Shown here: piece after piece, positions 11,916 through 22,243 of the stretch | Layout: each line of letters opens with the position of its first letter | Position numbering within the stretch: the stretch's first letter is position 1 | Assembly (NCBI GenBank): GCA_021432655.1 | Contig: MU271428.1 | Coordinates: forward strand, 29,371 to 66,837 | Direction: 5' to 3' | Source: Atractiella rhizophila | Lineage: Eukaryota | Length of the DNA: 37,467 bases | The notes under the pieces: model-generated | The model's database searches: none | Seen by the model: the letters and a program-made list of their open reading frames with translations, nothing else | What the model was told of the DNA's origin: nothing | Program-made: the position numbers and the translations under genes

Positions 11916-14900
11916 ATGCTCTCCATCTCTCGTTGCTTTTCACCCCTTCGATCAGCAGGATCACCTCTCCGTCTGCCAGTTTCCCGCCTTAAACATCCAA
12001 TCTACATCAGAAACATATCCACCATGTCTGAAGAAACGCCCCCGCCAGCGGGCTCAGCGCCAACCAAATCAGCTTTGAAGAAGGCAGCGAAAGCAGATAA
12101 AGTGAAAGCGATGAAAGAAGTCAAGAATGCCGCTGTTACTAAAGTGAAGGAGGCGGTTACGAAGGAGGGTGGGAATAAAAAGAAGGAGAAGGAGGGAAAG
12201 AAAGAAGAGAAGGAGGAAGAGGAGAGGATCTTGGGACTTTTGAAAGCCATTCCGAAGGGACAGAAGAAAGGTACGCTTATTTCTAACGTACTTGTAAGAT
12301 GGTATTTTGCTCGTTGGATGTGCCATGAAATGACCTACATCAGAAACTGCCTTGCCCACCAGCACTTGTATTATGTTGATGATTTGAGCGTAGCAGTGTA
12401 GCTTGAAGCTGGCAAGATGGGGAAAGCCTTTCAGCTGATGAGTTATAAAAGCAAGTTAACACATGCTATTGAAGCCAAAGAGATGCAAGTATGCAAGCTC
12501 AATGCATGATCGAGGAAATTGGAGAACCGATGTGATCGGTTATTTGCACTAATTGAACAGTTGACAATTGAGCCTCGATTGCTGGTGTGAATGTAGCTTA
12601 CATTCACGATATCACTATGCCCCACTGGCCACTGGTGAAAGTTTCATATTTGTTTGATATACGTAAAATAAATGACCTCTTCGTGTTATACTGTTTGGTT
12701 CCCTGTCAAAACATCTCACAAATTCTTCCGTCTGCAGATCTTTCTATCCCTATGCCCTCAGGTTACAATCCACTAATTGTCGAATCAAACTGGTATGATG
12801 TACGCATTCTTCTGTTTCTTTCTCTCAGCATTTGTATTAACCGCGATAAAAGTGGTGGGAAGCATCCGGCTTCTTTCGTCCCATCGAAGATTCCTCGAAA
12901 GGGACCTTCGTGATCATAGCCCCTCCACCGAACGTAACCGGTCAACTTCACTTAGGACACGCCCTTACACTTTCTATCCAAGACGGGTTAATCCGATGGG
13001 CACGAATGTCAGGTCTCCGTACCCTTTATGTTCCAGGTTTGGATCACGCCGGTATTTCGACCCAATCCGTCGTGGAAAAGCGAATATGGAAGAACGAGGG
13101 AAAGCGCCGGAGGGAATTCACGAGGGAAGACTTTGTAAAGCGGATATGGGAATGGAAGGACGAGTATGCAGCTAGGATCAATGCCCAATTTAGAAGGTTG
13201 GGTGGAAGCTTTGATTGGGAGAGGTCGGCGTTTTCACTCGACGATGTAAGCGCTTTCTTCCGCATACATAGATGGATACTGATCAAGGGTCAATGGGAAG
13301 GCGAGATACAAGGCCGTTATTCACCACTTTTGTAAACTGTACGACGAGAAGATTATTTATCGTGCTAATCGGTTGGTCAATTGGTGTGTGCACCTAAACA
13401 CTACACTATCCACTCTCGAGGTACAACGATTCTCAAACGCTTCACCCTCCTGCGTTTCTGATGCGATTGACAGGTTGATCAAAAAGAGCTGGCTGGACGC
13501 ACATTTCTTTCCGTCCCTGGATACGATCCGAAGGAAAAGTTCGAGTTCGGAGTACTCACTGAATTTGCGTATCAAATAGAAAACTCGGGTTTGTTTCATT
13601 CCTCTTCCTAACCACCTTCCACGATTATGACCATGAATAATAGATGAACGCATCATTGTGGCCACTACTCGTCCTGAGACAATGTTAGGAGACACTGGTA
13701 TCGCTGTGCATCCGGATGACCCACGCTACAAGCATCTCCACGGAAAATTTGCCGTCCATCCTTTCGTCGATCGTCGATTGCCAATCATCACAGATGCGAA
13801 ATCCGTAGACATGGAATTCGGCACAGGAGCCGTGAAGATGACACCTGGACACGATTACAACGACTACGAGACGGGGAAGAGAAATGGGTTGGAGATTCTG
13901 AATGTGCTGAATGATGACGGAACCTTCAACTCCTTGGTCGGTGAGAAGTTCAAGGGAATGAAGCGATTTCATGCAAGGAAGGCCGTCGTGGAGGCACTCA
14001 AGGAGAAGGGTTTATTCGTCAGCACAAAGGATAACCCCATGAAAGTACCTGTCTGCAGGTATGTTGTTATTTCCCTCGCGCGCTTACTAAAGGAATGGTA
14101 GTAAATCGGGAGATATTATCGAGCCGCTCCTGAAGCCTCAGTGGTGGGTCAACTGCTCCGAGCTCGCCCAAAGGGCTGTCGAAGTGAGCTCTACCTTTCG
14201 TTCTTCCGTTCGCGAAATTCAAGTTGCTGTTTCAGCGCACAGACGCAAAAGAATTCACAATCACTCCGAAGTCCAGTGAAAAGGAGTGGTATAACTGGAT
14301 GGCCACAATTCAAGACTGGTGTATCTCTCGTCAGCTCTGGTGGGGGCACCGGTGTCCCGCTTACTTTGTCAAGCTCGAAGGCGAAGAGGATGCTGACGTG
14401 AGTCCATTATCTGGATATCGGCTCTTTGGTTAATGCAATGTGCGGAGTAGTCTTCAAGAGAGGACCTTTGGATCGTCGCTGAGACAGAGGAGGAGGCTCA
14501 GAAGAAAGCAGCAGAGAAATTTCCAGGCAAAAAGTTCGTGCTGGAGCAGGATGAAGATGTGCTGGACACTTGGTTCTCATCTGGTCTATGGCCGTTTTCT
14601 ACTTTAGGATGGCCAGAAAATGCAAGTACCGTCTTGTTCCGATGCAAGCAGTGATTGATGGGAAGGAATAGTCTCAGGATATGAAAGATTTCTACCCCAC
14701 CGCCATCCTCGTCACTGGCTGGGACATCCTCTTTTTCTGGGTTGCTCGAATGGTTATGCTGGGTATTCACCACACCGGCAAAGTTCCTTTTAACGAAGTC
14801 TTCTGCCATGCCATGATCCGAGATGCCCATGGACGAAAAATGTCGAAGACATTGGGGAACGTTATTAATCCTATTGACCTGATTGAGGGCTGTTCGCTTG

Positions 14901-16375
14901 AGGAACTTCATGCTCAACTCAGAGTCGGAAATTTGGATGCAGCCGAGATTTCGAGAGCAGAGGCTGGCCAGAAGAAGGATTATCCTAATGGTATTCCTCA
15001 GTGCGGTACAGATGCCATGCGTTTCACACTGTGCGCCTATACATCCAACAGTGAGGAAGTTCCTTTTCTATTTAGATGACTCTTACCCTTCAGTAGATCG
15101 CGACATCAACCTAGACGTTTTAAAGGTGGAAGGGTACCGCAAATTCTGCAACAAGCTGTTCAACGCCACAAAGTTTGCTATGCTCAAGTTTGAGGACGGA
15201 TTCGAACCCGAGGCGAGTGAGAATGTATATCTTTCCTCCTTGTCTTATCAATCCGCACTAATGTGACCCGTAGCTGAGCGGCTCTGAGTCTCTCGTCGAA
15301 CGCTGGATCCTTCATCGCCTGAACGAGACATGCGCTGCTGTCGATACCGAAATCCGCGAGCGAAACTTCATGGCGGTCACAGGGCATATCTACAACTACT
15401 GGCTGTATGAACTTTGTGACGTTTACATTGTGCGTTCATTGTCTACCGCCTGCCATTTTATCCGAACGAATGCTCATCCCCATCCAGGAAGCCATTAAAC
15501 CCATCACGGATCCATCAGCGCCAGCTGCAGCCCGTCGTTCAGCGCAGAACACCCTATACACTGCACTGGACAGTGGCCTCCGCCTCATGCATCCTTTCAT
15601 GCCGTATGTGACGGAGGAATTGTGGCAGCGTCTCCCTCGGCGGAAAGGGGACACCACCCCTTCGATCATGGTGGCGAAATATCCTACCTTTGTGAGTGAA
15701 TTCTTATCCTTGTCCGCTTGGACTATAGTCTCATCTATGACTGTTTACAGGAAGAGAGCCGTCGCGATTCACAGGCAGAAAAAGACTTCGATGCGGTCTT
15801 CACCTCTGTCAAGAGCATCCGCTCCCTCGCAGCGACGTATAACCTTCGAACGAACATTCAAGCCTTCCTAGAACCTTCTTCTTCCGAAGTCGCAGAGCTG
15901 TTTGAGAGGGAAGCGCCAATTATTTCAACTCTCGTGAAGGGATCACAGTCCATCCAAATTGTGAATGACAAGAATGCAATTCCAAGCGGTTGCGCAACTG
16001 AATCGATCAGCAGTGATATTACGGCCCACCTTCTCGTTAGGGTGCGCTTTCCTTCTCGCGTCTGACCCATTTAACAAATGCAACCTTGGATTCGTAGGGT
16101 TTGATTGACTTCGACCAAGAAATTACGAAGGCAGAGAAGAAGATCACTCTCACAAATATGAATGTGGAGCGACTGGAGAAACAGATGAATGCCCCCGACT
16201 ACGAGACCAAAATTCGTGAGGATGTTCGCAACGCAAATGCAGAAAAGGTACGTTGTTTCTTTCACCTAATTCTACCGTTGCTGAGACTGACATATGGGCG
16301 CAGATGAGAGACCTGAATGCAGAGCTTGAGACCCTGAGACAATCCATAGAAAACTTTAAACTTCTTAAAGGCTAA
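11916..16375 (+). CDS. VAS1: Valyl-tRNA synthetase, probably encoding both mitochondrial (ATG 11916) and cytosolic (ATG 12024) isoforms
   Basis: [13 protein letters not shown] (HIGH motif), [78 protein letters not shown] (KMSKS variant), [18 protein letters not shown] and a C-terminal coiled coil. Many short introns plus one 467-nt intron. Confidence 0.97.
12331..12716 (+). ncRNA. Candidate intronic structured RNA, H/ACA snoRNA-like, in VAS1 intron 1
   Basis: Long 5' hairpin (CATCAG 12338/CTGATG 12435; CTTGCC 12351/GGCAAG 12411) followed by ANANNA (ATAAAA 12445). Internal hairpins follow. A 3' hairpin with an internal pocket (TTTGATA 12653/TGTCAAA 12704) is followed immediately by ACA-TCT (12711). 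No target assigned. Confidence 0.4.
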
Positions 16376-16542
16376 AATTCTGAGATTGATTACGCCTGCT
16401 CATACCATTTGTACGTTAGATGGAGTGAAAATTTTGATATTCTTCAGACAAATTGTCAATAGCGTGACTCTGAATGTCGAATACAACCCTTTTGACTTGG
16501 AAATTCTCCTTGCTTCACATTACTGGACAACAGCTCGTTATT

Positions 16543-17361
16543 TTAGATACCGATGAAAGATTTGAGGGCCTCGTATCCCAAGCTACCAAGCAGTCAATGG
16601 CTCATTCTCTTGTAAGAAACAGATAGGAATCGCACCTGAAGTTGTAAGAAGCGACGGACAGCCCAAGAATGATGGTTCCAAAGCCTATGCGCAAATTGGT
16701 TTCAGCTTGTCCGTATCATCAACGATGGCGGGAAACGAACCTCCTACAGGTCTTCCCAAACCCATGGCATGGGGAGCCTTCAAGCCCAACTCAACGTGTG
16801 CGACTCTCAAGGAGAATAGGGTCGCTAGGATGGAATGAATGAGCCAAGTTGGTGCTCCATTCAATTCCGCCAGAGCGGTGATCAAGTACACGAAAGGGAC
16901 ATTCTCTTGGAAGTTCCCAACGGCCCTTCACACCCAATTTGATGAACCTCCGCGTCGTCTACTTTGTGGAAGGAAAGGGACAAACCGACTGGCAACAAGC
17001 AACTTCTTCTGGTCTTTGTGCAACTGAGCTGGATCCTGGTCTTTTGCTTCCTCCATCTTCACACCTTCATCCGAGGTGCCGACAGCGACTCCTGTCTTAA
17101 GACGGAGGAACGAAGTCGACTATTCCCACATACGACTCAATCCCCAATTCACCATCCCCGCAAACAAAACACTCACCGCAGAAAGATAGGATTGGTAGCC
17201 CAAGAAAATAGGGGACCAAGCCAAAGAGGCGGGCTAAATAACCCGCTCAGCTCATCTGTCTCTACAAAAACCACAAAAACAGCCAACCGTGATGGGACCA
17301 AGCAGCCTGGCACAAAATGGTCAATTGCTGGTCAAGTGTGCTACGACAATACTCACGGCAT
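16543..17361 (-). CDS. MAPEG-family small membrane protein
   Basis: Seven exons, including a 5-nt first coding exon and a 19-nt micro-exon, give MPLLGPITPASLAWSPIFLGYQSYLS...RAVGNFQENVPFVYLITALAELNG...LRVAHVELGL...GRPVG. The RAxxNFxENVP / RxxH pattern is typical of MAPEG proteins. Confidence 0.8.
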
Positions 17362-17578
17362 AATTTAGAGATGTCTGGATGTTTGAGGATTGTTGAAAGT
17401 GGCGGTGGGTGGTCCTTTCCAATTGCAATCCCAACGTGCTTTTAGGACTGGTGGTTACCAACTCCTACGTCACTGCTGCGGTCGGAACCAGATTCTTGTC
17501 AGGGATTACAGCTCCTTTAGTCAAGCAAGCGAACTTCTTCAACCCAGACACCCTTCAAAGGAGTATTGGCGCGTGAGA

Positions 17579-18051
17579 ATGCCACCAAAAGTGCACCCAG
17601 TGACGCACTTACGGTGTAAATATGACAAGAGTGCGTTGCTCTTCATCTTACAGAGTGAGACGCGTTCCAACCAAAAGTAAGACAGTCACGATAATTGTCG
17701 AAGCGACCCCTAAGACCACAGTGTCTGAAATCAGGGAACGCTTTTGGGAAGCGCTGCAGGCTTCGGGAGTCTCTTATCCGACAGAATGCACGATCGATGA
17801 TGTCGGAATCCATCGTGGGGTTACCATGGACGGAGGTATCAGGTGGGAGTTGATGGAGAACCGGAGTACGGTATTCGATGCGCGGTGGAAGGATGCCTCC
17901 ATGATCGGGATAGGGTGGCGAAAGGATGGTTCGGTCTCTACCTTTCTCCTTGAACGTTTACTGATGGTGGGCAGGCGAGTTTGAGTCGCCCTCGATCAAG
18001 GATCCACAGGAGGAGCAGCAAGCTGAGAATGACAATGAGAACGAAGAATAA
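17579..18051 (+). CDS. Small ubiquitin-fold protein, Elongin B-like (123 aa)
   Basis: Exons 17579-17630, 17686-17928 and 17975-18051 (372 nt; GT-AG introns of 55 and 46 nt) give MPPKVHPVTHLRCKYDKITIIVEATPKTTVSEIRERFWEALQ...STVFDARWKDASMIGIGWRKDGEFESPSIKDPQEEQQ... Both ends align by eye with Elongin B. Confidence 0.6.
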
Positions 18052-18172
18052 TTTTTTGCATTGATCATGATTCAGTATGTAGCTAGTCTGTACAACACCA
18101 CTGCAACTGCCTGCATTTGCTTTCATAATTTCCATAAACAAATCAGTGAGAATGAAGTGGTCCACCTTTGAC

Positions 18173-19966
18173 TCACTCCAGGTGAACAAATGATCCAATT
18201 GACTGACCAATCATTTTCCTCCTCTTGATTGCTCTCAGTGCCCTAGGACTCTCCCCGCTTCCGTTTCCCCTATAAGAGTCTTCCTCTTGTTCCTGTTGGA
18301 TCGTTGTATCCCTCTCCCTCCCGCTTTTCAGTGTAGAAACGGATCCCATAGCTCTGGTGGACACCTTCCCCAGTGCCCGCTTCGTCTTATCCTTCCCTTT
18401 CGTCGGACTAGCTAAAGAGAACGGATCGACATCGTTCGAGACGTCCGCCTCCTCTTCTAATACCATTTCCATTTCTGAGTCGAGCCCCACATTCATCACT
18501 TTCGCATTCGTCCTTTTCTTGACTGGACTAGAAACAATAGGTTTCTTCTTTGGAGACCTACTCGCTCTCAGTGCCTCGACTTCCAACGCTTTCGGTTTTC
18601 TGACTGGATTCTTCTTTTTCTCCCTCAGAATCACATTCTCCTTCTTCCTCTTCAACGTCACAGTCCCGCGAGGCAAAATGATTTCTCGGTTCGTTTCCTC
18701 ATCAATCGCGGGTATGAGAGAAGGAATAACTGTGGGTCTGATTTTGGTTACCGTTGTCGTCGAAGATGGTTTCGGGATCTGTGAGGCATTGACAGAACTG
18801 GACACCGTGCGCGCACGTTTCGCAACAGGTTTAGCCAGCTCTATCTCCCCGTCCGCGTTGGCCACGCGCTTCTTCCTTGCCGCCACGACGGAGACGGGTC
18901 GCCTGGTGATTCCACGAGAAGCAGCTGGCGGACGTGCAGCAGGAGGGGGAGAGAAGATGCCGAGTCCCAGTCCCAAGCCTTGGTCTAACGAAAAGGAGTC
19001 CTCGCCGCCGACATCGCCCTCCAGTTGTTGGTACAATGAGCTAGGGCGATTGAGTGGACGCGAGATATCCTTTCGTGGTCTTTGTGCAGGTTCAGGTACT
19101 GGTTTAGGCGCTCCACCTAGGTAGAGAGGCTTGGGTTTCAGCGCGTTGCTAACATTACTAGGGACGAGATGGGAGCGAGGCGCAGGGGAGAAATAATGCC
19201 CTGGCAGGTTGTTCTGTGCGGAGAGTGCGGCGCCAGTTCGACCGTTGAGAGTGGCAGACGTGCTGGAGGAAAGGTTGACACTGCTGTCTACCGACTCGTC
19301 GGGAGACATTTCCAAGTTTGGCGATTCCTGCACAATCAGACGTTACGTCAACGGCTAAGCAGGATGTGAAACAGCAAGGCGACCTACCTTTCTGTAGTAC
19401 CACCTTGTGAGCGGCGCGAAAGGATATGAAAGGATGAGGACTATTACATGTATAATAGTCTGGAAATGGTATATAATGGGGTCTAGAATAGCTTCGTATG
19501 GCGATACCAACGGTCTGAAGAGGTTTTGAAAAATCATCTCGGACGACTATGGAGCTGGCTGAGAAGCGATAACAGAGAAATGGATGGACATACAGAAATT
19601 TTGAACACAATGAGGAAGAGCATCACCATGGCTTTGATCTCGTCATAAAAGGGGATGAAAAAAGCGATTGTTCGATCCGCCCATCCCTCAGCTCTCAGCA
19701 ACACAACCTTTGGCAACAACAAAGGTCACTCCACTTCATACCCGCGTCGACACCGTGAAAGAAACACGTACCCAAACGAGCCAAGCCATAACCTGCTCCT
19801 TAAGCTTCCTCCTCCTGATCTTCTCAAACTTTGTCAATCCATTTCTATCCACAGCTGGCTGTTTTGACGAACTGCGAAGGCGAGAGGATTTGATTGCTTT
19901 GAAGGAGGAAAAGCTGATATCAAATAGAGCATAGATCCTAATAAAGAGCAGAAGAGGGGCGAGCAT
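18173..19966 (-). CDS. REEP/HVA22/DP1(TB2)-family ER-shaping protein with a long disordered basic C-terminal tail
   Basis: Spliced N-terminus: SFKAIK...VMAWLVWVVLLRAEGWADRTIAFFIPFYDEIKAMVMLFL...SEMIFQNLFRPLVSPYEAILD, the TB2_DP1_HVA22 pattern. It joins in frame to the 386-aa P/S/K/R-rich exon. The 3' end is uncertain (possible terminal intron). Confidence 0.72.
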
Positions 19967-20588
19967 CTTGCTCTTTGTATCTCTTGCAGGAGTGCAAAGC
20001 TGGACTTATGGAGGTACCAAAGCTTACGGCGCGTCCAGAAATCACGTGTCCAGTCAATGCATACAACTACCACACTACCTAGAGATGTGAACTTTTACCA
20101 CAGTTTACCACGGTGTAAGATTTAACAAGCTAACTGAGGTGAGAGCTCAAGCGCTCAAATCTGGGATTCCCTTCCTGCTTCTTCAGCATTTCTCGCGATC
20201 AACGTATACAGTAAAGGATACTTGCTGCATCAAGTCATGAACTTTGATCAATTGATTCATCTCCATTATCCACTCTAAAGTCTGGTGGAATGTAAATATT
20301 GGCACTCTTGCGTGTTACAATGTGAGATTTCTGAGGTACTTCCTGACTCCGAGTCGCCCTGTGCTGGCTGTTGTACGTTGCTCTTCGCAAGGCTCATAAA
20401 GGAATAGTATAAAGATGTAGATTGGTGCATAGCTAGATAATTAATAGTATTTAAAAAGTTATCCGGCAACAATAAAGAAGCAATCCATATAGAGAGACGG
20501 AATGCAAAAGACATCCACATGCGAACCGATGAATAACAACATTGCGAAGGATGACGAGGTTTACAGCAATATGAGCAGACAAAACTCT

Positions 20589-21050
20589 TTAATTTTCCAA
20601 CTTCACAATGTCGAGTTTCCAGATCGTCCTAGGATCGGCTCCAGAAGTCGCTCCATCGTTCTCAGTGATAATGTCAGCAATAATGTTTGCTACGCCTTTG
20701 ACGTCTGCTCCATTCTTCTTGCCTGTGTAGGTGATGAAGGCTATGCATCCAATTATATGTCAGTGAGAATATCAAGAGGACAAAGACAAAGACGAACCTC
20801 CAACGACACCAGCTTTCTGTCCATCAATTTGATGAACGACAGAGTCTTTAGTGGTGAAATCGAGCTCGGTGTATTCCTGAGCCTCCTTCTGGAAGTAGGC
20901 GACGAGAGCGTCGAAGTCAAGTTTGTCACCATTGATGGTTGCCGTGACAGAGTTGGAGACTTTGGCTGTGATGACGCTCTGGACGGATTCGGAGGAGGTG
21001 TTGTGGACCGATTTGTACCAGGCCTCGAGAAAGGCGAGCAGAGGGAGCAT
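20589..21050 (-). CDS. Small hypothetical protein, probable NTF2/SnoaL-like fold
   Basis: Two coding exons: MLPLLAFLEAWYKSVHN...VTATINGDKLDFDALVAYFQKE...AGVVGAFITYTGKKNG...ANIIADI...IWKLDIVKLEN*. Helix-then-beta-meander pattern; the fold is an inference. It has an upstream 5'-UTR intron (21077-21131). Confidence 0.65.
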
Positions 21051-21230
21051 GGTGCGGTGGATAGTGGAGGAGCACACTATGAACGCAGAGCATCAGACTG
21101 ATAAATTTCGAAATATAGCGGGAGAACTCACTACTTGAAGGATCGCGAAGCAGAGGAATGATGGAGTGGTTTTCTTGAAGTTGCAAGTATTCTTTGGATT
21201 GTGATGGGTCTTCAGCAACTTCCTGTACCG

Positions 21231-21238
21231 CTTTTATA
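21231..21238 (-). promoter_or_regulatory. TATA box (TATAAAAG) of the NTF2-like gene
   Basis: Consensus TATAWAWR about 100 nt upstream of the 5'-UTR intron donor, with no intervening ATG. Confidence 0.55.
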
Positions 21239-22243
21239 GCTTCTCTCCCTTTGTCTTGACGCGAGACTTGACTCGCAGCTCAACCGCAAACGCGCGGATA
21301 TCCCGGCATTCGCACTCCCAGCCGAGATTGCACAACCATCGAATTCTCTGCCTTCGAAATTACTACATTCGCTATTCTCCCTGCAAATAGGAATGCCGTT
21401 GAAGATTCAAGGCTGGCCGGGTAGGGCTTGGTTTCGTCTGCTTCGAGCGGGTACTGACCGTACCTCCGGGGCTGTGCGGAACGCCAGGTGAGATTTCCTC
21501 TTTGTCCTCTCCTCCGTGAAGTTTGAACACATTCAACATTCGACGACCCAAATGAGCTTCCTCGCATGAGCTAATCTGAGCAAATGAGGTTTGCCTGTGT
21601 CTGGAGGCGCGGTCTGAATTCCGAATCTTTGCCTCGTAACCGCTTGTTGTTCCATCAAATTTGAGGGAAGGTGAACGTCAACTCCGAAGAAAGTGGAAGA
21701 GATTGACTTTAACTTGCTTCAATGGCCCCTCGGACGTGATTGCAGTTTTGGCACTTCCGTGCATGGACGGTTGCTGCGAGTGGTTCCCTTGTGACAGTAG
21801 GCACCTCTTCTCCCGTTCTTCAGCAGTCCATCACACGTCCTGCTTCTCCCTCTGAACGTGTTGGGCCAGTCATTTGAAGGAAATCCGTTGGTGTATGAGG
21901 AATCATAGAGGGTTTGAGTGCAACGAACGAACGAGTGCTGGGCTGTTCAAAAAATTGTGTGGGTGCCAGTGACAGTGAGAACGCAGTCATCGCGCCTTCC
22001 AAAGCTTGGCTCCTGAAGCTGAAGAACCAACATCAGTGCATATTGCAAACGAATCCCGTCACAGAGACATAGGTGGTATGCACATAAAAGGTATCTATTG
22101 CGAAGGACTAAGACAGAGACTGATGCAACAAAAGACGTGAGGAGAATAAGTTACAACACGATATTGTTTTCTAGACACCAAATTGTGATGTGACTAAACG
22201 AATGAGGTTAGAAATAAATCAAGCGAATACGACCTCAATGTCC

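Noticed and set aside
12002..12347. 13-bp repeat CTACATCAGAAAC in VAS1 exon 1 and intron 1
   Set aside because: No flanking similarity and not positioned as a target-site duplication; probably chance.
12377..12438. Box C/D snoRNA (TGATGA ... CTGA) in VAS1 intron 1
   Set aside because: No convincing terminal stem or recognisable rRNA guide, and the CTGA lies within a predicted stem. An H/ACA-type layout fits better.
12271..12737. TPP riboswitch, telomerase RNA, RNase P/MRP or U3 in the long intron
   Set aside because: Diagnostic motifs (TPP aptamer core, CUAACCCU template, CR-I/CR-V pair, U3 box A/B) were not found.
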